Part shown: positions 52,501 through 64,000 of the stretch, in pieces | Layout of the letters: the number at the start of each line of letters is the position of its first letter | Position numbering within the stretch: the stretch's first letter is position 1 | Assembly: GCA_976226885.1 (NCBI GenBank) | Contig: OZ320320.1 | Span: 83,514,001 to 83,578,000 of the forward strand | Reading direction: 5' to 3' | Source of the DNA: Iphione sp. A-MEVVRFRX5 | Lineage: Eukaryota | Length of the DNA stretch: 64,000 bases | Translations under genes and position numbers: made by a program | Notes under the pieces: model-generated | What the model was told of the DNA's origin: nothing | The model's input: only the letters and a program-made list of their open reading frames with translations | Databases searched by the model: none

Positions 52501-55500
52501 GAGGGAAAACACAGCCAAATGGGTCCCTCTTCGTAGCACGTCACTATGAAATGACATGATGTATATTTCTTCTTGACACGATCTGCAGCAATAACTATTT
52601 ACCTAATTAACCCATTTACAAGTCTTGAGAAAGTTATCATTTAGTGAAACCCCTCCCGGTTTTTAACTGTGAAGTAGGGGACCTCTCAAACTATGGACAA
52701 GTTAACCTTCTGGAATATGTGAGGTGATCCAAAGGAAACCAAGAGCTCTCGAGTCCCTGGCTTATCAATGGATATCATCTGGAGTCCCCTGGCTTATCTA
52801 TAGATATCATCTGGTGTCCCCTTGCTTATCTATAGATATCATCTGGTGTCCCCTGGCTTATCTATAGATATCATCTGAGTCCCCTGGCTTATCAATGGAG
52901 ATCATCTGGAGTCCCCTGGCTTATCTATAGATATCATCTGGAGTCCCCTGGCTTATCTATAGATATCATCTGGTGTCCCCTGGCTTATCTATAGATATCA
53001 TCTGGAGTCCCCTGGCTTATTGATAGATATCATCTGGAGTCCCCTGGCTTATCTATAGATATGATCTGGAGTCCCCTGGCTTATCTATAGATATCATCTG
53101 GTGTCCCCTTGCTTATTGATAGATATCATCTGGAGTCCCCTGGCTTATTGATAGATATCATCTGGTGTCCCCTGGCTTATCTATAGATATCATCTGGTGT
53201 CCCCTGGCTTATCTATAGATATCATCTGGAGTCCCCTGGCTTATCTATAGATATCATCTGGATTCCCCTGGCTTATCTATAGATATCATCTGGAGTCCCC
53301 TGGCTTATCTAGAAATATCATCTGGAGTCCCCTGGCTTATCTATAGATATCATCTGGAGTCCCCTGTCTTATCTATAGATATCATCTGGAGTCCCCTGGC
53401 TTAGCCGTCTAAAGAATATCACTCTAGTTCCTGTGATACTAGCTAAAACAGCCATCTTCATCTGCCGCTCTCTTACTGGGTTATCCTCGGCCTAGTTACT
53501 ATTCTGTGACACGTGATGTGATAAAATATCCTGCCAACAGCGATGTTGTCGCACAGCTCGTCGTCTGGCGAGTTGACGTATTGCTAGAGGGACCCATAGG
53601 CAGGGATTTGTGTGTGTGTGCGGGGGGGGGGGTTGAGTATCTGAAAGTATAAAAGTTGAACTCCTGGCGAGCTTTCTGCAGCAGAGAATTATAAAGGTAG
53701 GTCTCTGGGTGGGATTTGTAGGTCCCCTGATACCCCTTAGCTACACACAGGTGGGGGGGGGGGTGTCAGGGTCCACCCAATAACACTTCACCAACAATTC
53801 AAAGCAGTCGCTTAAAAATACGCTAATAACGTTTCACCAAGAATTGATTTGGCAATAACTGTTCACCAAAAATTGCCTTATAAAGTTTCGCGCCTGTTTG
53901 GAAGGCCAAAATAGCGTTTTGCACTGAATCAAAGTCCTCAATAACATATCACCAGAATAGTTGAACCCCCCCCCCCCCTGTAGCTACGGGCCTGGCTAGT
54001 GTGTACTTCTGAGCTGGAATTGGTGGCTTACCGTAAACCCAGGCCACAGCGATCGTCTTGCAGAGTCCGGTAAAGACAAGCACGTACGGGGCACTGGTGT
54101 CCAGCATCTGCAGGATGTACATGCCCGCCTTGAACGAAAAACATTTCACAATCATACTCCAAAGATGGTCGACTTCCTGATCTAGACTGGTGATATTATC
54201 AATAAAAAAAAGGACCAGGAAATTTCAAACTACCGTTCTTTTTCCCAACTGTAAGTTAACATCCCCGGAATACTCATATTGATAACAGGCTCAATTAGCT
54301 GTAGGACCAAAGGTTTGTTCCCCGTGTTGAATTTCCAAAGGATATATATAAAGTGATATTTTATTGCAAATGTCGGTTGGCATTGTCTCTGAGATGCTAT
54401 TTTATAACTGATTGATGGTAAGGCATTGTTCATGTGCTGCCCAATCTGGACGGGACTTATATATTGTCTACTACTTGACTCTTTGTGCTGATTGGCGAAG
54501 GACACAACTGAATGAAATTAACTACTGAACGTTTGAAAACATCTCAGAATCAACAGTCCCAGTATGCAAAATTAAAAAGATTCAAGCCGTTGCCCCAGGT
54601 TAGACCCACAGATTGATTAGAAGCTGCTGCCTTTCACCTACCTGTGACGTCAAAATCACGCCGGCGAGAGTCCACGTGACAATGAGACCAACCAATAGGA
54701 ATAGAGGACGCCTACCACGTGAAAAAAGGCCGGGAAAACGCTCCACGAGGATGGTCTGCACGTTGGCGGCGATAGGCATCTATAAGATGGAGACTAATGG
54801 AGTTTCAGCCGGTGAGATGCACAAATCCAACGTGAGCAGGAAAGCGTGCAGAATGCCCGCCGCCTGAATATGAGAGGGGCATATACACACAGGGTGCCAC
54901 ATATTCTGATGAAGCATTACTACTATTACTGGGTATTTTAATTTATAGTGAAGCATTATTTGCCTCTTCAAATAGGGGTGAAGTGCTACCAATGAATCAA
55001 TTCTTGGTGAAGCGCTATCAGCGATTGTTAAAGTGTTATGGTGGTTTTGAATTCTTGGTGAAGCGTTATTGGGTACCCCCTGATCCCCCTCCCCCCCCCT
55101 GTGCATATGGTCTTTCGATAACCCCAATCCACCCTTGACGGAGTGTTGCAGCTCACTGAAGCATCTCCAAGATCAACATCAAGGGAGTTCGAGTTGGTAA
55201 GATACACAAATCCAAGGAAAAAGGAGAGCTTGCGTAGAATGCTACCCAAGGAGGATATGGAAGAACTGCTGAAATGATAGCGGACTATCTTGTTCCTGGT
55301 TAAAGATACAGTGAAAATGAAATGATAAGATTAAGTCTGTTGATCCTGGAGCTAGGCATCAGCCATCTGCTGTAAGTATCAGGCCCATAGCCAGGAACTG
55401 TTGTGGGGGGTATCTGAAATTAGAGAGGTTGAACTCCTGGTTAGGAAGATGAAACTCCTGATTACATTACATCTGTCTCTCTTTCACTCTCTCTCTCTCT

Positions 55501-58500
55501 CTTGCTCTCTCTCTCTCTCTCTCACTCTCTCTCTCTTTGTCCCTCTGTCTCTCTATTCCTCTCTCTCCTTTGCCCTTCTCTCTTTGTTCCTCTCTCTCTT
55601 TGTCCCTCTGTCTCTCTATTCCTCTCTCTCTTTGCCCCCTCCCTCTCTCCCATATGGACTTGGAGAGGTGTAACCCCTGGTTTTGTGGAGGGGTATTGGA
55701 CGATATCCCCCCGATACCCCCTTGGCTACGGGCCTGAGTATCACTCTGCTGAGGGTTCTCCATACTCACACAGCTGCCGAGGCCGAGGTTGAACACCATG
55801 AACATGAACAGGGCGGACCACAGGGGCGCCACAGGCATCCGTGCCAGCATCTCAGGATAGGCGACGAAGGCTAGACCGGGCCCTGAAGAGGAACACACAG
55901 TGAGCCCATCAGTCCCAGCATCATTCTACGAGGAGTGTTAGTCAGGGTAAAATAACTATCAGTCTTTTAAATACCAAGTATATGATAAAAGAAAACAATC
56001 ACTTCCATAGGAGGATAGGGTCAAAGTGCCGTTTGTATTTTGTATTTTGTGGAAAACTGAAATGAGAATATGGGTTGCTAATTCTGTATAGAATACAACC
56101 GATGTTAAGAAAGATAAGCATACCTTGACCAATGACCTCTGGGATGGCCACCTGCAATGCGTCTTGTCTGATGTTTTCTTACTTCAGATAAGAAAGATAA
56201 GCATACCCTGACCAAAGTCCTTTTTGGATGCCTACCTGTAATGTCTGTTTTCTGATGTTTTCTTACTTTAGATAAGAAAGTTAAGCATACCTTGACTGAT
56301 GACCTCCGGGATGGCCACCCGTAATACGTGTTGTCTGATGTTTTCTTACTTAAGATAAGAAAGATAAGCATACCTTGACCAATGACCTCCGGGATGGCCA
56401 CCTGCAATGCGTGTGCTAGGTGACCCAAGATAGCAAACACAACAATGCCGCAAAGCATGCTGGTCAAGAAGTCTGAGATGGTAACAATGATGCCATCACT
56501 AGAAAAAACAGTATAATCACTATATCATGTCAGTGTATGAAGTGAAAATGTTCAGCAACACATGAGGCCTAAACAAAAATATCTATGTTTCCAGAAACCC
56601 GACCCACCCTGATATTGGTATGCCAATGGAATACTTAAATTGTTTTTCTTGTTTTGTCAATATCGTTGGCATGGATACTGATAGAGGCTTGTGCAATAGA
56701 TCAATTTATTCCTTAGACCATTATGTTTCTAATGATGCATGTTTCATTACATTCCTTGTGATAGAAGTGACAGTATCAGGCTTGAAAATAACTGAATAAC
56801 AATTTCATAAGAACATTTGAGTGGTCAAAAAAATATAAGATCAACTGACCGACCTTGTGTTTTTCTACATAATAATGGAAACAAGCATATTTTTGTTTTA
56901 GCCTAATGTGATAGTAGGATTAAATCAGTACTATGCTATGGTACCAAACTATGCCACAATACATGAAATAGCAATGTATGAGGTACTAGTTTCCAATAAA
57001 GCTTTATTCTTCAACTGGGATGGTTGGGTAATTTATAGCACTTATATTACACATTGTGGTACACAGGGCAAGTGTGAGATGTGTGTGGGGATTATTTGAG
57101 ATATGTGCCAGGAGTAAGAGGAGGGCACTGTGTGAGGTGTGTGCCAGGAATGTGTGGAGGGCACTGTGTGAGGTATGTGTCAGGAGTGTGAGGAGGGGAT
57201 TGTGTGAGGTATGTGCCAGGAATGTGTGGAGGGCATTGTGTGAGGTATGTGCCAGGAATGTGTGGAGGGCATTGTGTGAGGTATGTGCCAGGAATGTGTG
57301 GAGGGCATTGTGTGAGGTGTGTGCCAGGAATGTGTGGAGGGCACTGTGTGAGGTGTGTGCCAGGAATGTGTGGAGGGCACTGTGTGAGGTGTGTGCCAGG
57401 AGTGTGAGGAGGGGATTGTGTGAGGTATGTGCTAGGAATGTGTGGAGGGCATTGTGTGAGGTGTGTGCCAGGAATGTGTGGAGGGCACTGTGTGAGGTGT
57501 GTGCCAGGAATGTGTGGAGGGCACTGTGTGAGGTATGTGCCAGGAGTGTGAGGAGGGGATTGTGTGAGGTATGTGCTAGGAATGTGTGGAGGGCATTGTG
57601 TGAGGTATGTGCTAGGAATGTGTGGAGGGCATTGTGTGAGGTATGTGCCAGGAATGTGTGGAGGGCATTGTGTGAGGTATGTGTCAGGAGTGTGAGGAGA
57701 GCATTGTGTAAGATATGTGTCAGACATATAAGGAAGGGATTGTGTGAGGTGTGTGTCAGGAGTGTGAGGAGGGCACTGTGTGAGGTGTGTGCCAGGAGTG
57801 TGAGGAGGGCATTGTGTGAGGTATGTGTCAGACATATAAGGAAGGGATTGTGTGAGGTGTGTGCCCAGAGTGTGAGGAGAGCATTGCGTAAGGTATGTGT
57901 CAGACATATAAGGAAGGGATTGTGTGAGGTGTGTGCCCAGAGTGTGAGGAGGGGATTGTGTGAGGTGTGTGCCAGGAGTGTGAGGAGGGCATTGTGTGAG
58001 GTATGTGTCAGACGTGTAAGGAAGGGATTGTGTGAGGTATATATCAGGTGTGTAAGGAAGGCATTGTGTGAGGTGTGTGCCAGGAGTGTGAGGAGGGCAT
58101 TGTGTGAGGTATGTGTCAGACATATAAGGAAGGGATTGTGTGAGGTGTGTGCCCAGAGTGTGAGGAGAGCATTGTGTAAGGTATGTGTCAGACATATAAG
58201 GAAGGGATTGTGTGAGGTGTGTGCCCGGAGTGTGAGCAGGGGATTGTGTGAGGTGTGTGCCAGGAGTGAGAGGAGGGCATTGTGTGAGGTATGTGTCAGA
58301 CATGTAAGGAAGGGATTGTGTGAGATGTATGTCAGGAGTGTGAGGAGGGGATTGTGTGAGGTGTGTACCAGGAATGTGAGGAGGGGATTGTGTGAGGTGT
58401 GTGCCAGGAGTGCGAGGAGGGGATTGTGTGAGGTGTGTACCAGGAATGTAAGGAAGGCATTGTGTGAGGTGTGTACCAGGAATGTGAGGAGGGGATTGTG

Positions 58501-61500
58501 TGAGGTGTGTACTAGGAGTGTGAGGATGTGATGTGAGGGGAATGTCTGGGGTGAGTTTGGGGACGAGAGGTCGAGTGTATGACTTAGGTGCATAAAACCA
58601 GAAATATGGTCAGCCCATCGTTTCATCCGGTTACTAATTGAATGTGGAGAGGGATGTCAGCATAAATTTATTCTTGAAAATTTTAAAAACTACACATCGC
58701 AAAAGAGTACTTAGATTGTTAGGATTCAAAGTACAGTCTGCTTTTAAGTCAAAGCAATTAGTCAATTTCTATCAGTCACGATCAGGTAGACATCAGGAAG
58801 AGGCATCTTCATTTGAGTGGACATTAGGCCTAGTGAAAATGATTGTGTTTCCAGTGACCGGACTGATCCTACATAAGAGCCAGTTATAACATTTTTTCTT
58901 GTCTTGTGAATATCTTCAAAATGAATAAGGATAAACACATGTGTTATATACCAAAGTATTCCATAGGACACTAGTTTTCATCTGATATAAGTTTAGGTTA
59001 AGGTCTCAGCGGTAAAAGTGACATGAACATAATACATTGGTACCTACTAGTATATATTAACACTGCAAAAAGAAAAGAAATGTCACCTACCAACCGACAT
59101 TCTATTTGTTCAGCCTGTTACCAGAAACACAGAACATTCTTTACGCTTATTTAGATGTACACACAGAGTAAAAAATATATACATTTACAACGAACAATTT
59201 TACCCGTTTGCCACCACGGAGTACTACAGAAACCGGTCCCGCCCTCTGGTATTCTGTAAAATGCCTGATATCCTAGTTCTGGCTTATTTCTCAACTACTG
59301 GAGACCTACTTCAGGCGTGTATAGTCTTTATTTCCAGGCACCCGTCTGTCTGTCTGTCTCCAGGCAGAGCGTCAGTGTGTCAGTCTATCTCCTTTTTCTT
59401 TATTAGGAATTATCTCTATTTTCTTAGATGTTTATCACACTGCAGACAGTGACACAACGTTCTCCCTCTCTCTCTGTCTTTCTCTCTCTCTCCCTCTCTG
59501 CCTTCTATCTCTCTGTATCTTTCTTTCTCTCTCCCTCTCTTTCTCCCCCCCCCTCTCTCTCTCTGTCTTTCTTTCTCTCTCCCTCTCTCTCTGTCTGTCT
59601 CTCTCTGATCCCTCTGTCTCTCTCTATCTGGCTGTCTCTCTGTCTGTCTTTGATTCCTGTTTCTCTGTGTCTCTCCCCCTGTCCCTCCCTCTCTCTCATC
59701 TCTCTCGCTCTCTCAATATACACATCTATACATGTATAATTAGATGTATAGATATATATATATCCCAGAGGCTAAATTAGACAGACAAGTATTCCCCGGG
59801 GGTAATAATTGTCATCATTCTTTGGCGCGCTAAACCTATACTTACCATCATTAACGATTTGGAATTTTTGGCAGCCGATTGCCCTTATATGGGAACATAA
59901 TGAAAGGTGAGAGGGTGTATTCGGAAACCAAGCAGACACAGACTTTTAGTCATAAAAGGTGAAAGGGTAAATTTAGAAACCAAATCATGAAAGGAGAGAG
60001 GTTGCATTCAGAAACCAAACCATGAAGGACTCAGGGTGCATTCGGAAACCAAGCCAACACATACTTAAGTCGTAAACTGCTTGTGAAGTGCAAGCAACCT
60101 AATCTAGGGTGAGGTAATGAAAGAATAGCAACTCAAGCTTTCTTTAGGGCCACAAAGTAGGCCGGGCGCTGTGTCAGTCGAGTCATAGGTCAAAGGTGAA
60201 AATGTGTAACGAACTTGTCAGTGTAATAATTTTTTGTCAGAGGACATCAAGATATCATCAGGACTTCGTTCAGATGTATGCCACATCACATTTAATTTAA
60301 CCCTGCAGAACTGTCATATGTTGATATCTCGATGGTGTAAGATAATGTATTTCGATGAGCCTGAATTACCCGCAGTAGTAAGGAGTTGTTTATCATGGTT
60401 TTTGCATGAGGTACGTTGTGTGCGGGTAGTTAGCACCAGCATGTATACCAAGTTACCTTGGAGCTAGGGCTGGTCTCCACACCTGCTCTGGTATCTGTGC
60501 ATTTTCTATTTTCTGTGCGTGTCAGTCAGTTTTTATTGATCATGTTGATTTCAATGAAGGGTGCCATACATGTCCGTGTGGCTTGAGATCCGTTTGAGGT
60601 ATGTTGGCCATTAAGGGGCACTGGCCAAAAATTAAACGCACACACAGAAATCAACAGATAGCAGTATACAGGTGAAACTATGCACATTTATGAATATTTT
60701 TGAATATTTTTTATGCACATTTATGAATATTTTTGAATATTCTTTATATTTATGAATATTTTTGCACTTTTCCCCTCATTTCTGCACGTATGTGCACATG
60801 GTCGCACATTTCTTCACAATTTTCATACTTTTTTCCAGTGACTTTCACCAGTTTTTACACTTTTCTGCAGTGATATTCCTACTTTTTTCAGTGAAATTCG
60901 CCAGTTTCTATTTTTCCCAGCGACATTCATGTTTTTCATTCCGCCTCATGCAACATGAATACACGGTCAATAGCTACCCCTATCCGCGAGCCTGCATGAT
61001 GGCGGAACACGCGTATGATGCATGTTAACACCCACAGGTGGCAAGCGCAAGGGGGCACACACCTCAACGCACGCGGGTGTGTAAACCGCAGCCATTACGT
61101 GACTTATTTTGGAGTGTCGTGTTTGAGCTGGGAATGCGATGCATGTGGTCATAATATATATAAATTCGTGGTGCCTGTGTGTGTATGTATGTGTGTGTCT
61201 GATAAGGTACAATTAGGATATTAGGATATCGTAGTGAAAGTTTAGGACATCAGGGGATCGGACTGAAAAATGAATGTGTTTTTTTCCCACAGATACGGAT
61301 AAAGACGTCAAGCAAGTGGCAGAGAATTGGTTGAACAATTGCAGAGTGACAAATACGAGACGGAACAAGACAACAATTAATATTACAGAATAGGCAAGAC
61401 ACACGAACAATATAACAGGAGTACAAATAGACAAAAGTAGCAATTTCAAAATAGGCAAGGAATGTGTTAATGTGGTAGACAACGAACAGGGAATGTTCAG

Positions 61501-63762
61501 AAGCAGTGAACAAATGTCCAGTTAGAAGTAGAGTAGGAGACCAAGCTTGCAACTGAACAATTTTGGTCTCTACCCTGAGTTGGTCTCCCCTGTGAGTTCA
61601 TTAGCAGTGTAGAAATAGAGTTTTGGACTTGGAACGGTTTTTGTCTCTCCCCTGCATTGGTCTCCCGTGTGGGTTGGTCTTTGAGTTTTGACTGTATAGG
61701 CAGACACCCAGCAAGACTCACATGAAGCAGTTGTTGTTGACCTTGTTATGGCTCCCGATGGTGATGAGGACACCTCCACCACAGTTCAGGGAGAAGAACG
61801 CCTGGACCGCCGCATCAGCCCAGACCTGGAATAACCAGAGATACACACACTCAGCAAACATGCTTTATTCGTCTGCTTCGTAAGGCCTAAAACTCTATCT
61901 GTATTTCTGGTGACATGCTGAAAAAATGTAGGGTCAGCAGATCGGGGATATTTTAATATTTTTATTTCAGTGTTAACTAATATTGAAACAAAATAAGGCC
62001 AAAAAAATAGGTGTGTCTCAGTAAAGACCACCAAAAAAACTAGGTAGGGAGCAGGGTATCTTTATTTTTTTTTAAATTTTCTTTCCACTTTCTTCCTCTG
62101 GTTTTCAATAATAATAAAGATAATATGAAGAATTTAGGCTAATTTGCAGTTTTTTGCTGAATTTCCATGGATTTTACTGTTTTTCTACTGAATTTTCCAA
62201 AAACATGTGCTTTGAAAACACATATCTAAGAAAATTTAGCCTTGGAAACTCTTTGAGACCAAAAATTTTTTAGGTAGGGTGAGGTTTTACTAGGTAGGGG
62301 TGGGTTACCAGAAACACACCTATTTTTTTGGCCGAATGTATATAGCAATTTCACTTCGATCACCTAGATAACTGGTCTCACACAAAAGCTAGTGATATAA
62401 GAGACAATGTGGTGTATTGGATGAGTCTGAAGCTCTATTCATTCCAGAGATAGGGGCAAAATAATTATAAGATTTAAAAAAACTCCGACATACCCAACTG
62501 TAGGGTCCGTCAGGTTACCAGAAACAAAGATATTTTTTACAACGCCTAAGCCTGCATGGACTTGGGAAGGAAATACGGTAACTTTTTTTATACGACTTGT
62601 TTCAAAATATAAAGCTGCATGTAGAATTCTCTAGTTCCTACCTTACCGCGACTTGAATTCACATTTAACAGGGGTGGAAAATAAAAGATATACTGACATG
62701 TGTTTTAGATCAGTGGTTATGTCAGCTGTAAATTGGTAGATCAATAAAAAGGTCTCAACACAAGAATATCTAGTTCACTCCAAAGTGCACTGAATCTGTG
62801 TGCATGGATATGCTCTCTCATGAAGTGCAGGGAGAGAGTGTTTGTTAATTCTTTTAAGCATCCTTTCTCATACATGTTTATGGTCAGAGCCCTAATTGGC
62901 TTGGATACAAATAATTCTTGTACAGAAATAAGCATCATACTACACGATCAACTCAGTTGCAATACCCTCCAGAAACCCCGTCTGATTACCAAATCTCATA
63001 TTGTGAAGTATCTGTGCTGGAAAGGCATGGGTACTGCGTCAACCACAATACCAGTGGAAGTACATATGGCAGCCCTTCATCGCCAGCCTAAGATCCCACA
63101 CCTACATGTGGCCTCATTGATCCCAACCTTTACCCTTCGGTCATTCTATTCGGTTTTCCCAATCCGTATATCCTTCCTGTGCTCTTTGCTGTCCTCCATT
63201 TCTACTGAACTGTCCCTCATCTTTTCTATCCTATTGTCTGTCTCTATCCCCAGCCTATCGGTGTACCATGTAATCCTTAGAGTTTCTAACTGCTGCCAAA
63301 CATCTAGACTACATTGACATCCTACACAAAAGCCGATTGTTACACCATACCTACCCCATGAGAAACTGAAACATGATGGGATTCCATGCAGTAGACTGAC
63401 TTACGGCAGGTGTTCCAGGGGTTGTCACAGGAAACCCAGGGCACCTTAGCAACCATTGGTCCACCACTGGTCTTTGGTTGGACTCTCGTTCCCTCTGTGC
63501 TCTAACCCTGATCCCTCCTTCTCCACGAGTCATCATCTCGCGGGACCTTCCCTATCGGCTCCTCCCAGATCCCCTCCACCCCCCGCCTCTCTACACTCCC
63601 ATGTACTTCCCCATCGTTGGTACTTACCTTGGCTGACTGCAGGCGGACCCAGTCTGGCTTGAGGAAGAAGACGAGCCCGTCGGCCGATCCGGGTGACAGC
63701 AGGGTCTGTATCAGCAGGGACACCAGGATGACGTACGGCAGCAAGGTCGTGACGTAACTAAT
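46595..63762 (-). CDS. SLC6 (sodium:neurotransmitter symporter family) transporter, 3' half TM5-TM12 (366 aa), probably an amino-acid transporter; 5' exons outside the window
   Basis: GT-AG exons in phase: 63628-63762 ([11 protein letters not shown]...KPDW), 61722-61825 ([13 protein letters not shown]...NNNCF), 56374-56498 ([13 protein letters not shown]), 55770-55882 ([11 protein letters not shown]...LGLGSC), 54642-54779, 54032-54128 (GMYILQMLD...WVYG), one of 49943-50043/49812-49912/49681-49781, 47903-48076 ([12 protein letters not shown]), 46595-46708 (stop); total 1101 nt. Confidence 0.93.
46690..47610. repeat. 46-bp minisatellite (~20 copies) spanning the acceptor of the last SLC6 exon
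   Basis: Minus-strand unit ...CCCTTCCAGTCCTGTTTCAG|AGAGTGTGACTCCGGTGTT, i.e. intron end plus exon start. Confidence 0.95.
48030..48560. repeat. 66/67-bp tandem array spanning the acceptor of the SLC6 TM12 exon (8 acceptors)
   Basis: Acceptor AGs (CT on + strand) at 48077, 48144, 48211, 48277, 48344, 48411, 48477 and 48543. Confidence 0.95.
49681..50043 (-). repeat. 131-bp x3 tandem triplication of the entire 101-nt SLC6 TM11 exon with its splice sites
   Basis: Each copy reads ctgctAG|GTTTG...ATTG(C/T)G|GTA(C/T)GT. The spacers 49782-49811 and 49913-49942 are 30 nt. Confidence 0.95.
51665..52050. repeat. 33-bp array (~6 copies) followed by a ~47-bp array (~4 copies)
   Basis: Units CCATTCTCCTTGCTAAGGCAGGGTTTACATGTG and TGTTCATGCAAACACATGC... 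Confidence 0.9.
52755..53405. repeat. 32-bp minisatellite, ~20 copies, with a palindromic core
   Basis: Unit GTCCCCTGGCTTATCTATAGATATCATCTGGA; the core TATCTATAGATA is a perfect palindrome. Confidence 0.95.
56105..56410. repeat. 83/84-bp tandem array spanning the donor of the SLC6 TM7 exon (3 extra donors)
   Basis: Donor GTs (AC on + strand) at 56372, 56289, 56205 and 56122. Confidence 0.92.
57075..58530. repeat. 36-bp intronic minisatellite, ~40 copies
   Basis: Unit TGTGTGAGGTATGTGCCAGGAATGTGTGGAGGGCAT with sub-variants. Confidence 0.95.
59460..59715. repeat. CT-rich low-complexity tract; a similar tract lies at 55470-55650
   Basis: Direct reading. Confidence 0.9.
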
Positions 63763-64000
63763 CTGTGACGTCACGGTTAGGACAACGCCAGCCACACGTG
63801 GGGAAACGAATAGAAGAAAGGCAAGCATACAGGCACAGACAGTATGTCATGGCATCGTTCTAGTCAGCGCATCTCGGTTTAGTTAGAGGAGGCAAATTCT
63901 CCTTGTCTGGTTGACTAGGGCACGGTAGGTTCGGCAAAGGCAGGAGGGTGGTGCCTCAAATAGGTATCCCAGCCTTTCCCAAATCTAACGTGGTAAAACA

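Noticed and set aside
57004-58626. Long ORFs of 540, 491 and 403 aa (Cys- or His-rich repeats)
   Set aside because: They overlap on both strands and simply translate a stop-poor 36-bp minisatellite inside an SLC6 intron; no unique flanking coding sequence.
63763-63828. In-frame upstream extension GVVLTVTSQ resembling the end of exon 54642-54779 (GVILTSQ)
   Set aside because: A good acceptor (tcacag|ATT) at 63762 gives the canonical SLC6 exon boundary; the short similarity is probably coincidental.

Overview
Animal (probably marine invertebrate) genomic DNA, repeat-rich, with no prokaryotic features. (1) 1-~2961 looks like the right arm of a Polinton/Maverick (adintovirus-like) element: the C-terminal 170 aa of a protein-primed family B DNA polymerase, an orphan 444-aa Pro/Thr-rich plus Cys-rich ORF, a cluster of tRNA-like A-box/B-box sequences, a TF-motif-dense terminal region and a probable ...ACTACT end. 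(2) 16324-25862 (+) is a 12-exon gene that I could splice by hand into a 559-aa type I membrane protein: signal peptide-(Sushi-cbEGF)x4-EGF-EGF-TM-4-aa tail. A second intact, phase-compatible copy of its terminal TM exon lies at 33175-33322. (3) 46595-63762 (-) is the 3' half (366 aa, TM5-TM12) of a divergent SLC6 Na+-coupled transporter whose 5' exons lie beyond the window. (4) The rest is decayed LINEs, a Tigger remnant, MITEs, possible solo LTRs and many minisatellites. The most striking pattern is that several tandem arrays are built from splice junctions of the two genes. These include a whole 101-nt SLC6 exon present as three intact copies separated by 30-nt spacers, and arrays carrying 3 to about 20 decoy acceptors or donors. 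All calls come from manual reading; no searches were run, and small coordinate errors are possible.
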